Notes under the pieces: generated by a model
Seen by the model: only the letters and a program-made list of their open reading frames with translations
Database searches by the model: none
Told to the model about the DNA's origin: nothing
Translations under genes and position numbers: made by a program
Shown: piece by piece, positions 51,380 to 64,000 of the stretch
How positions within the stretch are numbered: position 1 is the first letter of the stretch
How the letters are laid out: each line of letters starts with the position of its first letter
Assembly: GCF_009914755.1 (NCBI RefSeq)
Contig: NC_060925.1
Direction: 5' to 3' (one strand)
Source of the DNA: the human T2T-CHM13v2.0 reference genome, Homo sapiens
DNA length: 64,000 nucleotides

Positions 51380-51919
51380 TGTATTACATAGCTTTAGTTG
51401 CTATGTAACAAATTAAAACTTTGTGGCTTGAAATAACAGCAGACACTGATTATCTCACATAGTCTCTGTGGGTAAGGGATTCTGTAGTGGCTTAGCTGGG
51501 TGGTTCTGGCCCACATTCTCTCATGAAGTTTCAGTCAAGATGTCCTCAGGGCTGCAGTCATCCGAAGGTCTCACTGGGTTGCAAGATCTGATTCCAAAAT
51601 GACACACTCACATATATAGCAAGTTTATGCTGGCTATTACTGGAGGCTTCAGTTCTTCACCAAATGGACCTCTGCATAGGCCTCCTAAGAATCCTCATTA
51701 CACGGCAGCTGAGTTCCTCTGGAGAGAATAATCCAAGAAATGCCAAAGTGAAAACCACAGTGTTTTTTGATCTACCCTTAGAAGTCATCACTATCAGTTC
51801 CACAGTATCCAATTGACCACCCAGGCAAGCCATGAGTCAGGGCATAGAGGACTATACAACATCATGAATACCAGGAGGGAAAAGTCTTTGGGGGCCATTT
51901 TTGAGCTTGGTTGTACACA
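51380..51919 (-). mobile_element. MLT1F/G-like LTR
   Basis: GTGGCTTAGCTGGGTGGTTCTGGC...TCTCTCATGAAGTTTCAGTCAAGATGTC...TTGGGGGCCATTTTTGAG. Confidence 0.75.
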
Positions 51920-52919
51920 TAGGTTTATACAAATTAGTGTGCCTTTTGGTGTGCTTGAGTGGTAAATACATTTGAGATTAAAGGAGACACAGCTCTTTAA
52001 TTGGTCTTAATACATGACAAAAGGAAAATATGAACTTTTTCTCAGACAGAACTTTATTTCCTAATATATCCAGTCACATGTATAGTCTTTTATGTTGACA
52101 AATTATAGTTGTATATATTTATTGGTTACAAAGTGATATTATGCTTTTAAAATATAATATGAAAAGATTACATTAAGGTAGTTAACATATCCATCACCTC
52201 AAATTTCTAACTTTTTAAAATACTTTTATTTTAGGTTTAGGAGTACATGTGTGGGTTTGTTATATAGGTAAATTTTGTGTCATGGCCATTTGGTGTACAG
52301 ATTATTTCACCATTCAGGCAATAAGCATAGTACTCTGTGGGAAGTTTTTCAATCCTCACCCTCCTCCCTCCTTGCACTCCCAAGCGGGCCCTGGTGTCTG
52401 TGGTTCCCTTCTTTGTGTCCATAGGTACTCAATGTTTAGCTCCCACTTATGACTGAGAACATGTGGTATTTGGCTCCTGTGTTAGTTTGCTTAGGATAAC
52501 GGCCTCCAGCTCATTCATGTTGTTGCAGAGGATGTGACCTCATTGTTTTTTATGACTGCATAGTACTCCATGGTGTATATTTAGCACTTTTCCTTTATTC
52601 AGTCTACCATTGATGGGCATCTAGGTTGATTCCATGTTTTTGCTATTGTGAATAGTGCTGTGATGAACATGCACATGCTTGTGTCTTTAAGGAAGAATGA
52701 TGCATATTCCTTTGGAAATATCCCCAATAATGGGATTGCTGGGTCAAATGGTAATTCTGCTGAGTTCTTTGAAAAATCGCCAAAGTGTTTTTCCACAGTG
52801 GCTGAACTAATTTACATTCTCAGCGTCAGTGTATAAGCATTTCTTTTTCTCTGCAACCTCACCAACATCTGTTATTTTTTAACTTTTTAATCATAGCCAT
52901 TCTGACTGCTGTTAGATGA

Positions 52920-53271
<352 letters not shown>

Positions 53272-53942
53272 TGATGTTGGTCATTTTTTCATATACTTGT
53301 TGGTCATGTGTATGTCTTCTTTTAATAAGTGTCTGTTCATGTCCTTTGCCCACTTTTTAATGGAGTTGTTGATTTTTTGCTTGTTAATTTGTTTAAGCTC
53401 CTTATAGATTCTGGATAGTAGGACTCTGTCAGATACATAGTTTGCAAGTATTTTTTCCCATCCTGAAGGTTGTCTGTTTACTTTGTTAATAGTTTCTTTT
53501 GGTGTGTAGAAGCTCTTTAGTTTAATTAGGTCCCTCTTGTTAATTTTGGGGTTTTTTTGCAATTGCTTTTGGAGTTTTTGTCATGAAATCCTTGCCAGGG
53601 CCTGTGTTCAGAAAGGTATTTCCTAGTTTATCTTCCAGGGTTTCTTTAGTTTTAGGTTTTACATTTAAATATTTAATATATCTTGAGTTGATTTTTTGTA
53701 TATGGTGCAAGGAAGGGTTCCAGTTTCAATCTTCTGCATATGACTAGATATTTAATCCAGCACCATTTATTGAATAGGGAGTCCTGTCCCCCCGCCCCGG
53801 CCCATTGCTTGTTTTTGTTGACTTTATTGAAGATTAGATGCTTGTAGGTGTGCAGCATTATTTCTGGGCTTGCTATTCTGTTCCATTGGTCTATGTGTCT
53901 GCTTTTGTAGCAGTACCATGCTGTATTGGTTACTGTAGCCTT

Positions 53943-54243
53943 TTTTTTTTTTTTTTTTTTTGAGACAGAGTCTCCCTCTGTCACCCAGGCTGGAGTGCAA
54001 TGGCGCCATCTTGGCTCACTGTAAGCTCCGCCTCCCGGGTTGATGCCATTCTCCTGCCTCAGCCTCCCGAGTAGCTGGGACTACAGGCACCCGCCACCAC
54101 GACCGGCTAATTCTTTTGTATTTTTAGTAGAGACGGGGTTTCACCGTGTTAGCCAGGATGGTCTCGATCTCCTGACCTCGTGATCCACCTGCCTCGGCCT
54201 CCCAAAGTGCTGGGATTATAGGCGTGAGACACCACAACTGGCC
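53943..54243 (-). mobile_element. AluY
   Basis: Y diagnostics (AAGCTCCGCCTCC, GCCATTCTCC, CCGTGTTAGCCAGGATGG). TSD TGTAGCCTT at 53934-53942 and 54244-54252. Confidence 0.95.
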
Positions 54244-55306
54244 TGTAGCCTTATAATACAGTTTGAAGCTGGGTAATGTGATGCCTTCAGCTTTTTTCTT
54301 TTTGCTTAGGATAGCCGTGGCTATTCAGGCTCTTTTTTGGTTCCATTTAAATTTTTACAGTTTTTTTCTAGTTCTGTGAAGAATGTCATTGGTGGTCTGA
54401 TAGTAATGGCATTGAATCTATAAGCTGCTTTGGGCAGTATGGCCATTTTAATGATACTGATTTTCCTATCCATGAGCATGGAATGTTTTTCCATTTATTT
54501 ATGTCTTCTCTGATTTCTTTGAGCAGTGTTTTGTAATTCTCATTGTAGAGATCTTTCACCTCCCTGGTTAGCTATATTCGTAGGTATTTTATTCTTTTTT
54601 GCGGCTATTGTAAGTGGCATTGCATTCTTGACTTGGCTCTCAGCTTGGATAGCATCGGTGTATAAGAATGCTAGTAATTTATGTACGCTAATTTTGTATT
54701 CTGAAATTTTGCTGAAGTTGTTTATTAGCTCAAGGAGCTTTTGGGCAGAGACTGTGGGGAGTTCTAGGTAGAGAATCATATCATCTGCAAACAGGGATAG
54801 TTTGACTTTCTCTCTTCCTATTTGGATGTCTTTTATTTTTTCTCTTGCCTGATTGCTCTGGCCAGGACTTTCAGGATTATGTTGAATAGGAGTGGTGAGA
54901 AAGGCCATCCTTGTCTTGTTCTGCTTTTCGAAAGGAATGCTTCCAGCATTTGCCCATTCAGTCTGATGTTGGCTGTGGTTTTGTCATAGATGGCTCTTAT
55001 TATTTTGAAGTATGTTCTTTCAGTGCCTACTTTGTTGAAGGTTTTTAACATGAAGGGGTGTTGAATTTTATTGAAAGCCTTTTCTGCATCTATTAAAGTG
55101 ATCAAGTATTTTTTGTTTTCAATTCTGTTTATGTAATGAATCACATTCATTGATTTGCATAAGTTAAACCAACCTTGCATCCCAGGGAGAGAATTTACTT
55201 GGTCGTGGTGGATTAGCTTTTTGAAGTGCTGCTGGACTCAGTTTACTAGTGTTTTGTTGAGAATTTTTTCATCTATGGTCATCAAAAATATTGGCCTCAA
55301 GTTTTA

Positions 55307-55611
55307 CTTATTTATTATTTATTTATTTATTTTCCAAGACAGAGTCTTGCGCTGTTGCCCAGGCTGCAGTGCAGTGTTGCAATCTCAGCTCACTGCTACC
55401 TCCACCTCCCAGGTTCATGCAATTCTGCCTCAGCCTCCCAAGTAGCTTAGATTTCAGGCACACACCACCATGCTCAGCTAATTTTTCTATTTTTAGTAGA
55501 GATGGGGTTTCACCATGAGGCCAGGCTGGTCTCAAACTTCTGACCTCGTCATCTGCCCGTCTCGGCCGCCCAAAGTGCTGGGATTACAGGCATGAGCCAC
55601 TGTGCCTTGCC
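55307..55611 (-). mobile_element. AluS
   Basis: TSD AAGTTTTA and a (TTTA)n tail. Confidence 0.92.
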
Positions 55612-57117
55612 AAGTTTTATTTTTTGTTGTGTCTCTGCCAGGTTTTGGCCTCATATGATGAGTTAGGGAGGAGTCCTTCCTCCTCAATTCTGTGTGATAC
55701 TTTTAGTAGAAATGATAACAGTTCTTTATACATCTGGTAGAATTTGGCTGCAAATCTAACTTGTCCTGGGCTTTTTTTGATTGGCAGTCTTTTTATTACT
55801 GATTTAATTTTGGGACTTATTATTGGTCTATTCAGGGATTAAATTTCTTCCTGGTTCAGTCTTCAGATGTTGTATGTTTCTAGGGATTTATCCAGTTTAT
55901 CCCTCTCTTCTAGATCTTCTAGCTTGTGTGCATAGAGGTGTTCATAGTAGTTTCTGAGGGTGTTTTTTTTTGTTGTTTTTTTGTTTTGTTTTGTTTTGTT
56001 TTCTGTGAGGTCAGTGGTAAAGTCCCCTTTGTCATTTCAAATTGTGTTCAGTGGATCTTCTCTCTTTTTTTATGTATTAGTCAAGCTAGTGGTCTATCTT
56101 ACTAATTCATCCAAGCAACAAACTCCTGGATTCATTGCTCTTTTGTATGGTTTTTCCCATCTCAATTTCCTTCAGTTCAGCTCTGATTTTGCTTATTTCT
56201 TGTCTTATGCTAGCTTTGAGGTTGGTTTGCTCTCATGTCTCTATTTCCTCTAGTTACGGTGTTAGATTGGTAATTTGAGATCTTTCTAACTTTTTGATGT
56301 GGGCATTTAGTGCTATAACCTGCCCTCTTAACACTGCCTTAGCCGTGTTGCAGAGATTCTGATGTGTTGTATCTTAGTTTTCATTAGTTTCAAGCAACTT
56401 CTTGATGTTTGCATTAATTTAATTATTCACCCAAAAGTCCTTTAGGAGCTGGTTGTTTAATTTCCATGTAATTGTATGGTTCTGAGCAATTTTCTTAGTA
56501 TTGATTTCTATTTTCATTGCACTGTGGTCCAAGAGTGTGGTTGGTGTGATTTCAGTTTCTTAAATTTGTTAATGATTGTTTTGTGTCCAATTATATGGTT
56601 GCTTTGAGAGTATGTTCCATGTGCAGATGAGAACAATGTATGTTCTGTTGTTTTTGGGTGGAGATTTCTATAGATGTCTATTAGGATTATTTGGTCAAGT
56701 GTTGAGTTCAGGTTCTAAATACCTCTGTTAGTTTTCTGCATTGATGATGTGTCTAATACTGTCAGTGGCATGCTGAAGTCTCCCACTATTAGGGGGTAGT
56801 TATCTAAGTTTCTTTGTAGGTCTCTACGAACTTACTTTATGCATCTGGGTGCTTCTGTATTGGGTGCATACATGTTTAGGATAATTATATCTTCTTGTTT
56901 AATTGAGCCCTTTACCATTATGTAATGCCCTTGTTTGTGTTTTTTTATGTTTGTTAATTTTTTTAACATTTGTTTGTGATGAGAATATTACAATTATACT
57001 TTTAGTGATACTGAAATTTACAAATTCAGTTATCAGCTATCTTCATGCTATGCGATTGATCTAAAAAATAAATCAGATATATTCCTCTTTTCTAACTGAG
57101 GAAGTGCTCTATATTAT

Positions 57118-57255
57118 TCTTTTTTTAAATTGACATATAATATTTGTACATATTTTAAGGGTACATGTGATATTTAGATACCTTTACATAATGTGTACAG
57201 GTATCCATCATGTCAAACACTTAGGTTTTCTTTGTGTTGGGAACATTACAATTAA
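57118..57255 (-). mobile_element. L1MA 3' terminal fragment
   Basis: TTGACATATAATATTTGTACATATTTTAAGGGTACATGTGATATTT. Confidence 0.7.
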
Positions 57256-58779
57256 TAGTTTTTATAAATGTTGATGTGGAGGCATAGGAAGCAAATTTGA
57301 GGAACAAAAATTCTTTACATACTCCTGAAGAGAATTTTTAAATTTTTATATTTATTTCTTAAACTATGAATAAGTCCAATTTAAATTACATTTAATCAAT
57401 TTTTAAGCTATGTATTGAACAAATGAAACTTACCAAAGTTTAACTATTTCATGACATTATGACTATTCCAGAAAAATTAGAATACATATTTGTCATATAA
57501 ATAATAACAGTTGTTTAAGGCACTACTTACAGCTAAAATGGTGAGTGGTCAGGTGACATGCGACCCATGATGTGTTACTTCCTATTGACTCTGGAATGGC
57601 TGGTTTTACAAATTAAAGAGAGGGCTCCTAGGTAATAATTTCTCATTAGTCTTTGTTGATAGATTGTCTAGATTTCTTTGAATAAATGAAGGCTTCTGCA
57701 ACATTGCCCTGCAGGTAGAAGGCACTTGGCAAATCCTCTTCAGATGATATATTATGGGATCTACACACAATTGCCATTTTCCAGTTCTACTTTTTTTAGA
57801 CTATTAACCTGGAGAAATAGAATAAATGGTTTCTACAGACAAACATCCAGGTTATAGCTTCCATTCACATTTAAGATAAAGTCTAAACATATGCAGACTT
57901 TCATGACTGGGTGTCCGCAGTCCTCCCCCGGTTCATCTCCCTGACCTCTCCAGCCCTCCCTCCCAGGATACATATTATTTTATCTAACAGTATTAAATGA
58001 TCAACATTTTTTTAAATTCACCAATCACTGTATCACCTCCATGACTTTGTACGCTCATGCCTCTTCCTGAAATAATATGCCTATCATTTTTCCCCACTGA
58101 TTTCTTACTGATTCTTTAGGTCTCAGCTCCGGTGGCTCCTTATCTGAAAAGTACTTCTTGAGCCTGCCATTCTGAGTTATGTATCTCTCTTATGTGTCAC
58201 GGCATAATTGTTATAATACTTATAACATGTATGATCATAATATTATAAGACTGAAGCTATGGCTCGTAATGCCCTCTCTGCATTTCTTTGTATCCTAAAC
58301 ACAAAGTACTTGCTCACTAAGTATCTGTTGAATGAGCAGATGGTCAGTAGTATGTAAAAATGAACGGCTAAGGTACTAAGTCCACCAGTTAGAAAGCCTG
58401 AATCAACCTGTAAAATTACCAGCTTGTGATTAACATTGAGGATGCACCTTATCTGACCTCGTATTCAGTGGGGTTATGATGATAAGTGTCACTCACAACA
58501 AAATAACCTAGCGAGGTAATCCATTTGTTATAATACTTAAAGAAGACAGTAAGGCATCTCCAAAAACCATGAGGTAACGTTTTGTCTCAGAATTCTGTAA
58601 TCTAAAGTTTTCAGGGGACATTTATAAATCTAGTAAAATTTAAAATAGGTTCTCAAATTCCTGGGGCTTTTTTGGTTTCTTGAAGCCCACTATTAAAAAG
58701 TGGTTAACAAATCCTATGGAAAATAAACACTTGTTACTAGGAGAAGTAGTAAAACTTAATGGTGAATTAATCACGAATA

Positions 58780-59310
58780 TACTTATGCATGGTTTCACTG
58801 TCCAAGGTTTCAGTTACTCATGGTCAACAATGGTCTGAAAATATTAAATGAAAAATTCCAGAAGTAAACAATTCATACACTTAAAATTGCATGCCATTCT
58901 CAGTAGTGTGATGAAGTCTTGTGCCAGCCTGCTCCATCCCACCTGGGATGTTAATCACCTCTTTGTCTAGTGTATCTAGGCTGTAAATGTTACCTGCCTG
59001 GTAGTCACTTAGTAGCTGTTTACATTACCAGATCAATTGTCATGTTATCGCCTTTCTTGTGTTCAAGTAAGCCTTATTTTACTTAATAATGGCCCCACAG
59101 CAGAAGAATAGTGGTGCTGTCGTATTGTTATAATTGTTTTATTTTATTATTTATTGTTGTTAATCTCTTACTGTGCCCAGTTTATAAATTAGATTATTAT
59201 AGATATGTAATGAATAGGAAGAAACATAATATATATACATTTTGGTATTAGCTACTAGATGTCTTGGAACGTATTCTCTGCCAATAATATATGCTGATAA
59301 TACTATTGTA
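58780..59310 (+). mobile_element. MER44 (Tigger7-derived) element
   Basis: GGTTTCAGTTACTCATGGTCAACAATGGTCTGAAAATATTAAATGAAAAATTCCAGAAGTAAACAATTCATA...GTCTTGGAACGTAT. Confidence 0.85.
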
Positions 59311-61955
59311 TCAAGAAACTGTTTGATGCATTAAGAAATCCTTCCTATTTGATAAATACTTTAAAGGTTTTGAAGTGCCCTTATGTATGTTGGACTCCAT
59401 GGTTCCATGAAGTTGACAGACTGGATCTGAAGAAACTGAAGTTCAGTATGTTATTTGTCCAAGCCAGACAGGCAGACAATAAGCATTTATTGATTATCTT
59501 CTATGTAGATACTGGTAATATGAGCTCTCTGGCTTCATAGAGCTTGCAATTCTATAGGAAAAACATACATTAATCAAATAAATAAAAAAAGTATACATTT
59601 CCAGTAGAATGCAAAAGAGAATTTCAAGGTGCAATAGCAGACTATTATCAGAATAAGTAGTATACTTAGGGGGAAAATTGTCATGGAGAAAGAGATACTG
59701 AAAGTAAGATTAGTAGGATGAGTAAGAGGATGGTCCTACAGCAGAATCAGGGTTGGAATTCCAATACCCTGATTTGAAATTCAGTTATCTCTAATGCAAG
59801 ACATGTTAGCAAGGAAAATTTAGTGAATGGTCCACTGCAAGTTATTTCACATAATTTCATCAAACAAATGAGAGAAATTGATTTCTAACTGTAGTCTAAT
59901 AATCTAGTAAATTAATCCCCAAGAACATTTTCCCTCTGCTGAGGAATCAACTTAAAGTGAAGAAATGTAGCAAAGTCAAAAAGGAAATAGACATTTGGTC
60001 ATCAGTGATTTTTCTTCTTTAATATAATTCTCATTTTCCTGGCCTGGGAGTCTCATTTTTCAGAATTCTCTCTTGTTGCTTTCAGAATTCATCACATTCT
60101 ACTTAATGTGCTAGAGAATACTGACAAATTGCATACTTCAGTTTTATATGTAGTGTTTTCTCATAGTATATTTTTCTTATTTTCTGGTTCTAACAGGAGC
60201 CAAAAGTGTTTTGAATATCTCATCATCTCTTCATTTGTCTTCCCTCTCTAAATGATAGAAAGGGTGGTAAGAAGAGAGAGGGAAGGAGGGAAGAAGTGAG
60301 GGAGCCAAAGAAAAAGAAAAAAAGAAAGAACCTCCGTCTCGTCACATGGAAACTGATTTTGTTATCAATAGGTGTGAAATCTTCAAAGTTGTTAGTGGTT
60401 CGGGGGTTGGTTGAGACTGCCAGAGATGCAGCAGAAACACTTCCTTATGGCACCATAGGAAGTGTCAAGACAGACCAGACACTTCAGCAGCCAGAAAAGC
60501 AGATTTACTGCAGCCATTCTTTCCTGGGCTATTTATAGAGACCACGATTGTTGTCATCAAAAGTAAGTTTGAAACCAGGCTCTCTTTTGAATCTCTGTGA
60601 ACATCTTTGAAGCTCTCCTGTGAATCTCTTTTGGGGTGGCTTTTCCCCTCCTGCTCTTGTAATACACCAGGGCCTAGAGGTGGTGCAGGAATCCCTTTTG
60701 CTCCTATTATCCCTTCCAGAACATTTTATTTCCTTTCCAAGCCCTACCCTTCGAGTGTTAATCTCGTGTCAACAAATTACACTCAGATACAGCCCATCTA
60801 CCAATCTATCTGCTAACTAAAGTCACCTTTTTCCTTGAAGATGTTAAATCCTGGCTTAGTGTCCATCTCTTCCACAGTACTCCTATCGTAACTGTGTGAT
60901 TTCAGTATTCATATAGGCTATTTTTCTAAACCCCAATGTTTCCATTTCCTTAACTGTTCTCCTTAAATGATTTTTTTTTCCTCTAAACCATCTCTGACAT
61001 TCATTCCAATGACTGAAATCACCCCATAATCTTAAATGTAAGCATCCTAATCTCTAAAAGTTTCTGTTATCTTTTCTGGTCATTCCTACTATTGTTTTTA
61101 CTTAGTGTTTCAACCCCCTTCAAGAATTAAATCCATTGATTCTACCAGCTTTTTACTTATCCTTATGTCCTCCTTCTTTCCTTAAATTCCATGGTTAATC
61201 TTCATAATCATTTCCTCAAATACACATTTACCTTTCATGTGCTTGATTGAGGCTTTGCCTCAATCCTGGTTAAATCGAAATCTCTGCCTATCTTGCACCT
61301 GTACCTGCTTAGATGAAAATGCATGGAGAAAAACAAACAACCAGTATTACTGGTCTCACTTAAATTCACAATTGATTACTTTAATTGTGCCTGTAAATGC
61401 TGCTCAGCAGTAGTACTCTATTTCCCACTCCATTCATCTTTACGTTTTCCTAAATGAATACTTTATACTTCCTCTTCTCTCCTGAAACTTCTAACTTCCA
61501 CCTCCTCTTCACCATCCTTATTCTCAGCTGATAAAGCAATCAGAATTTCCCAAGTTTCTATTATGTCTGTACAATCCGTGTTCTCTCCTATTATAATAGA
61601 ACTGCCTGTCCTCTGTTTTAACACCAACCTCTCTTTCCCTTTGGTTCTAAATCTCATCACCTTTTGCCCAATTAAAAATATCGCTTCAACTCTCTTTTTT
61701 TTATATCTGAATTGGTAGTTATTTTCTATTAGATTGTCGTTATTGGTATAGAAAAATGCTATTATTTCTTATATCTTAAAAAATTCTCTTAACCCAACTT
61801 TCCCATTATTTCTCTTCTTTTAGAAATCTATGCTCAAAACAGCTATCTCCACACACTGGCTTCTTTTGTATCCATTTTCTCTTACATTCACTATAGTCAG
61901 GCTCACACTCCTACTGTTTCACCACAAGCGTTTTTTCAGGTCACAAATTGATGGG

Positions 61956-62220
61956 TTCTAAATCAAAAGTCAGTTCACAGTTTTCACCTTAACTTGACCT
62001 ACAAGTGGAAGTTCACAAATTTTCTTATTTTCTCCTACTTGAAGCACTATCCCTCCTTGAAACACTTTAGTAGAGACAGGGTTTCACCATGTTGGCCAGT
62101 CTGGTCTCAAATTCATGACTATTCTAAATCAAAGGTCAGTTCACAGTTTTCATCTTAACTTGAGCTACAAGTGGAAGTTCACAAATTTGCTTATTTTCTC
62201 CTCCTTGAAACACTATCCCT
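61956..62220 (+). repeat. 99-bp duplication (61956-62054 and 62122-62220) with an Alu fragment at the junction
   Basis: 6 mismatches between copies. 62066-62119 is antisense Alu left-monomer sequence. Confidence 0.93.
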
Positions 62221-62533
62221 TGGCTTCCACAGCTTCACACCTGTTTTTCCTACTACCTCAGTCTCTGATTCTTTCCCCTGGCTAGGTAACATTGGGGTGC
62301 TTAAGGGATAAGTCTCACTTACTCTATTAGTGATCTCAGTATGTAAGTGTATAGTATTTAATTTATTTTGGTTGTAAATTATATATATGTGTGTATATAT
62401 ATCTGACTATATCTATCTATCCCTCTCTCTTTCTCTCTAAAAGTTTATGTCTCTAGTTTCAAACTCTCCCCTGAATAATGGACTCAAACCCAACTGTCTA
62501 CTGAACATCTCTTAAGTGGATAACAAGCATCTT

Positions 62534-62864
<331 letters not shown>

Positions 62865-63244
62865 ACAAGCATCTTAAACTAGTAGTTGTGATCAAAACTC
62901 AGCTCATACTATTTCTGCTCAAAACCTGGTTCTTTTTTAATCTCCCTCATTTCAGTTACTGGTGGCTTCATCTTTTTGCATACTCAAGCCAAAATCTCAG
63001 ATTAATCCTTGACTTCTCTTGTTCTCTCAAACCTCATATTTATCTATCAGCAAATCCTATTGTCTATGGTTTTACAACGTATTCATAATCTGACCAATCC
63101 TTATACTCTGTTAGTATCCGCATCCATGCCAACATCATCTCTCACCTGGATAAATGTAATAACCACCTAACTGGTATCCTTATCTCTCTTCTTGCTTCTC
63201 TTTCTTGCCTATTCTTACATAGCAGTCAGAGTGATTAAACATAT

Positions 63245-64000
63245 TTTCTAATATTTATGACAATTTATTCTTTGACACATTTATTTAGAAGTGTGTTATT
63301 CAATTTTCATATCTTAGGGGACTTTAAAATTGATTTCTAGATTTAATTTTATTATAGTTAAGGAACATACTTTTTGTGATTACAGTCGTTTAAATTTATT
63401 AAGACTCAATTTTATGAGCTAGCTTATGATCTATTTTGACAAATGTTCCAAGTATACTGAAAAGTAGTATATTTTCGGCAGTTATTGGGTGTAGTACTCC
63501 ATAAATTCCAATCAGATCAAGTTAGGTAATAGTATTCTTCCAATTTTCCATATCTTTATTGAACTTTTTGTCAGTTAAATCTATCAACTACTGAGAGAAA
63601 AGTGTTAAAATTGTCAAGTGTATTGTGGATTTTCCTATTATTTTCATTTCCTCTTTTCATTTTTTTCAAATACTTTGAAACTGTATTATTCAGCTAAATG
63701 TATTTAGGGTTGTTATAGCTACCTGATGAATTGACACTTTTATCATTATGAATTCTCTTTCTTATCTCTATTAATCCTCTTTGTCTTTAAAGTCTCCTTT
63801 GTCTGATATTAATACAGCCATAGAATTTTTAAATTGGTGTTTGCATGGTATATAATTTTCTATCCTTTTACTTTCAACATATCTATGTCCTTATACTTAA
63901 AATAGAACCTAAATGCTAAAATGGATCCTAAATGCTAAAATAGATCCTAGCCCTGTAAACAGCATTTAGTTGGTCTTTTTTCTAGTGGACAATCATTGTC
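63245..64000 (-). mobile_element. Ancient L1M (MC/ME) ORF2 5' region
   Basis: TTATTTAGAAGTGTGTTATTCAATTTTCATATCTTAGGGGACTTT...CTGATGAATTGACACTTTTATCATTATGAA. Confidence 0.75.

Overview
This is primate (human-like) genomic DNA: AT-rich, CpG-depleted and dominated by interspersed repeats. I find no supportable cellular protein-coding gene, rRNA/tRNA gene or CRISPR array. Nearly all listed ORFs are transposon remnants or chance ORFs. The main structure is a nested insertion cluster at about 4.27-17.78 kb. An old L1MA was split by a 5'-inverted (twin-primed) L1PA16-like element, which later received a two-LTR HERV-H/LTR7 provirus (7176-12982, minus strand, CTTGT target-site duplication, His-tRNA primer site, intact major splice donor) and a complete THE1D retrotransposon that still has a 302-codon ORF. 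Elsewhere are a complete MSTB element, an MLT1 element with internal region, a truncated Tigger1, MER44/MER47, a second long L1PA carrying three Alus, several more Alus (one a left-right-right trimer), and MIR/L2 relics. Between repeats are unique blocks with homeodomain/TALE-type motifs and a few exon-like segments, compatible with a gene desert or a large lncRNA intron. I cannot name the locus. I do not see a new biological system. The best leads are an asymmetry between the two HERV-H LTRs, several templated-insertion repair scars, and candidate non-coding exons bracketed by inverted Alus. Subfamily names are from recalled consensus sequences, and boundaries of old repeats are approximate.
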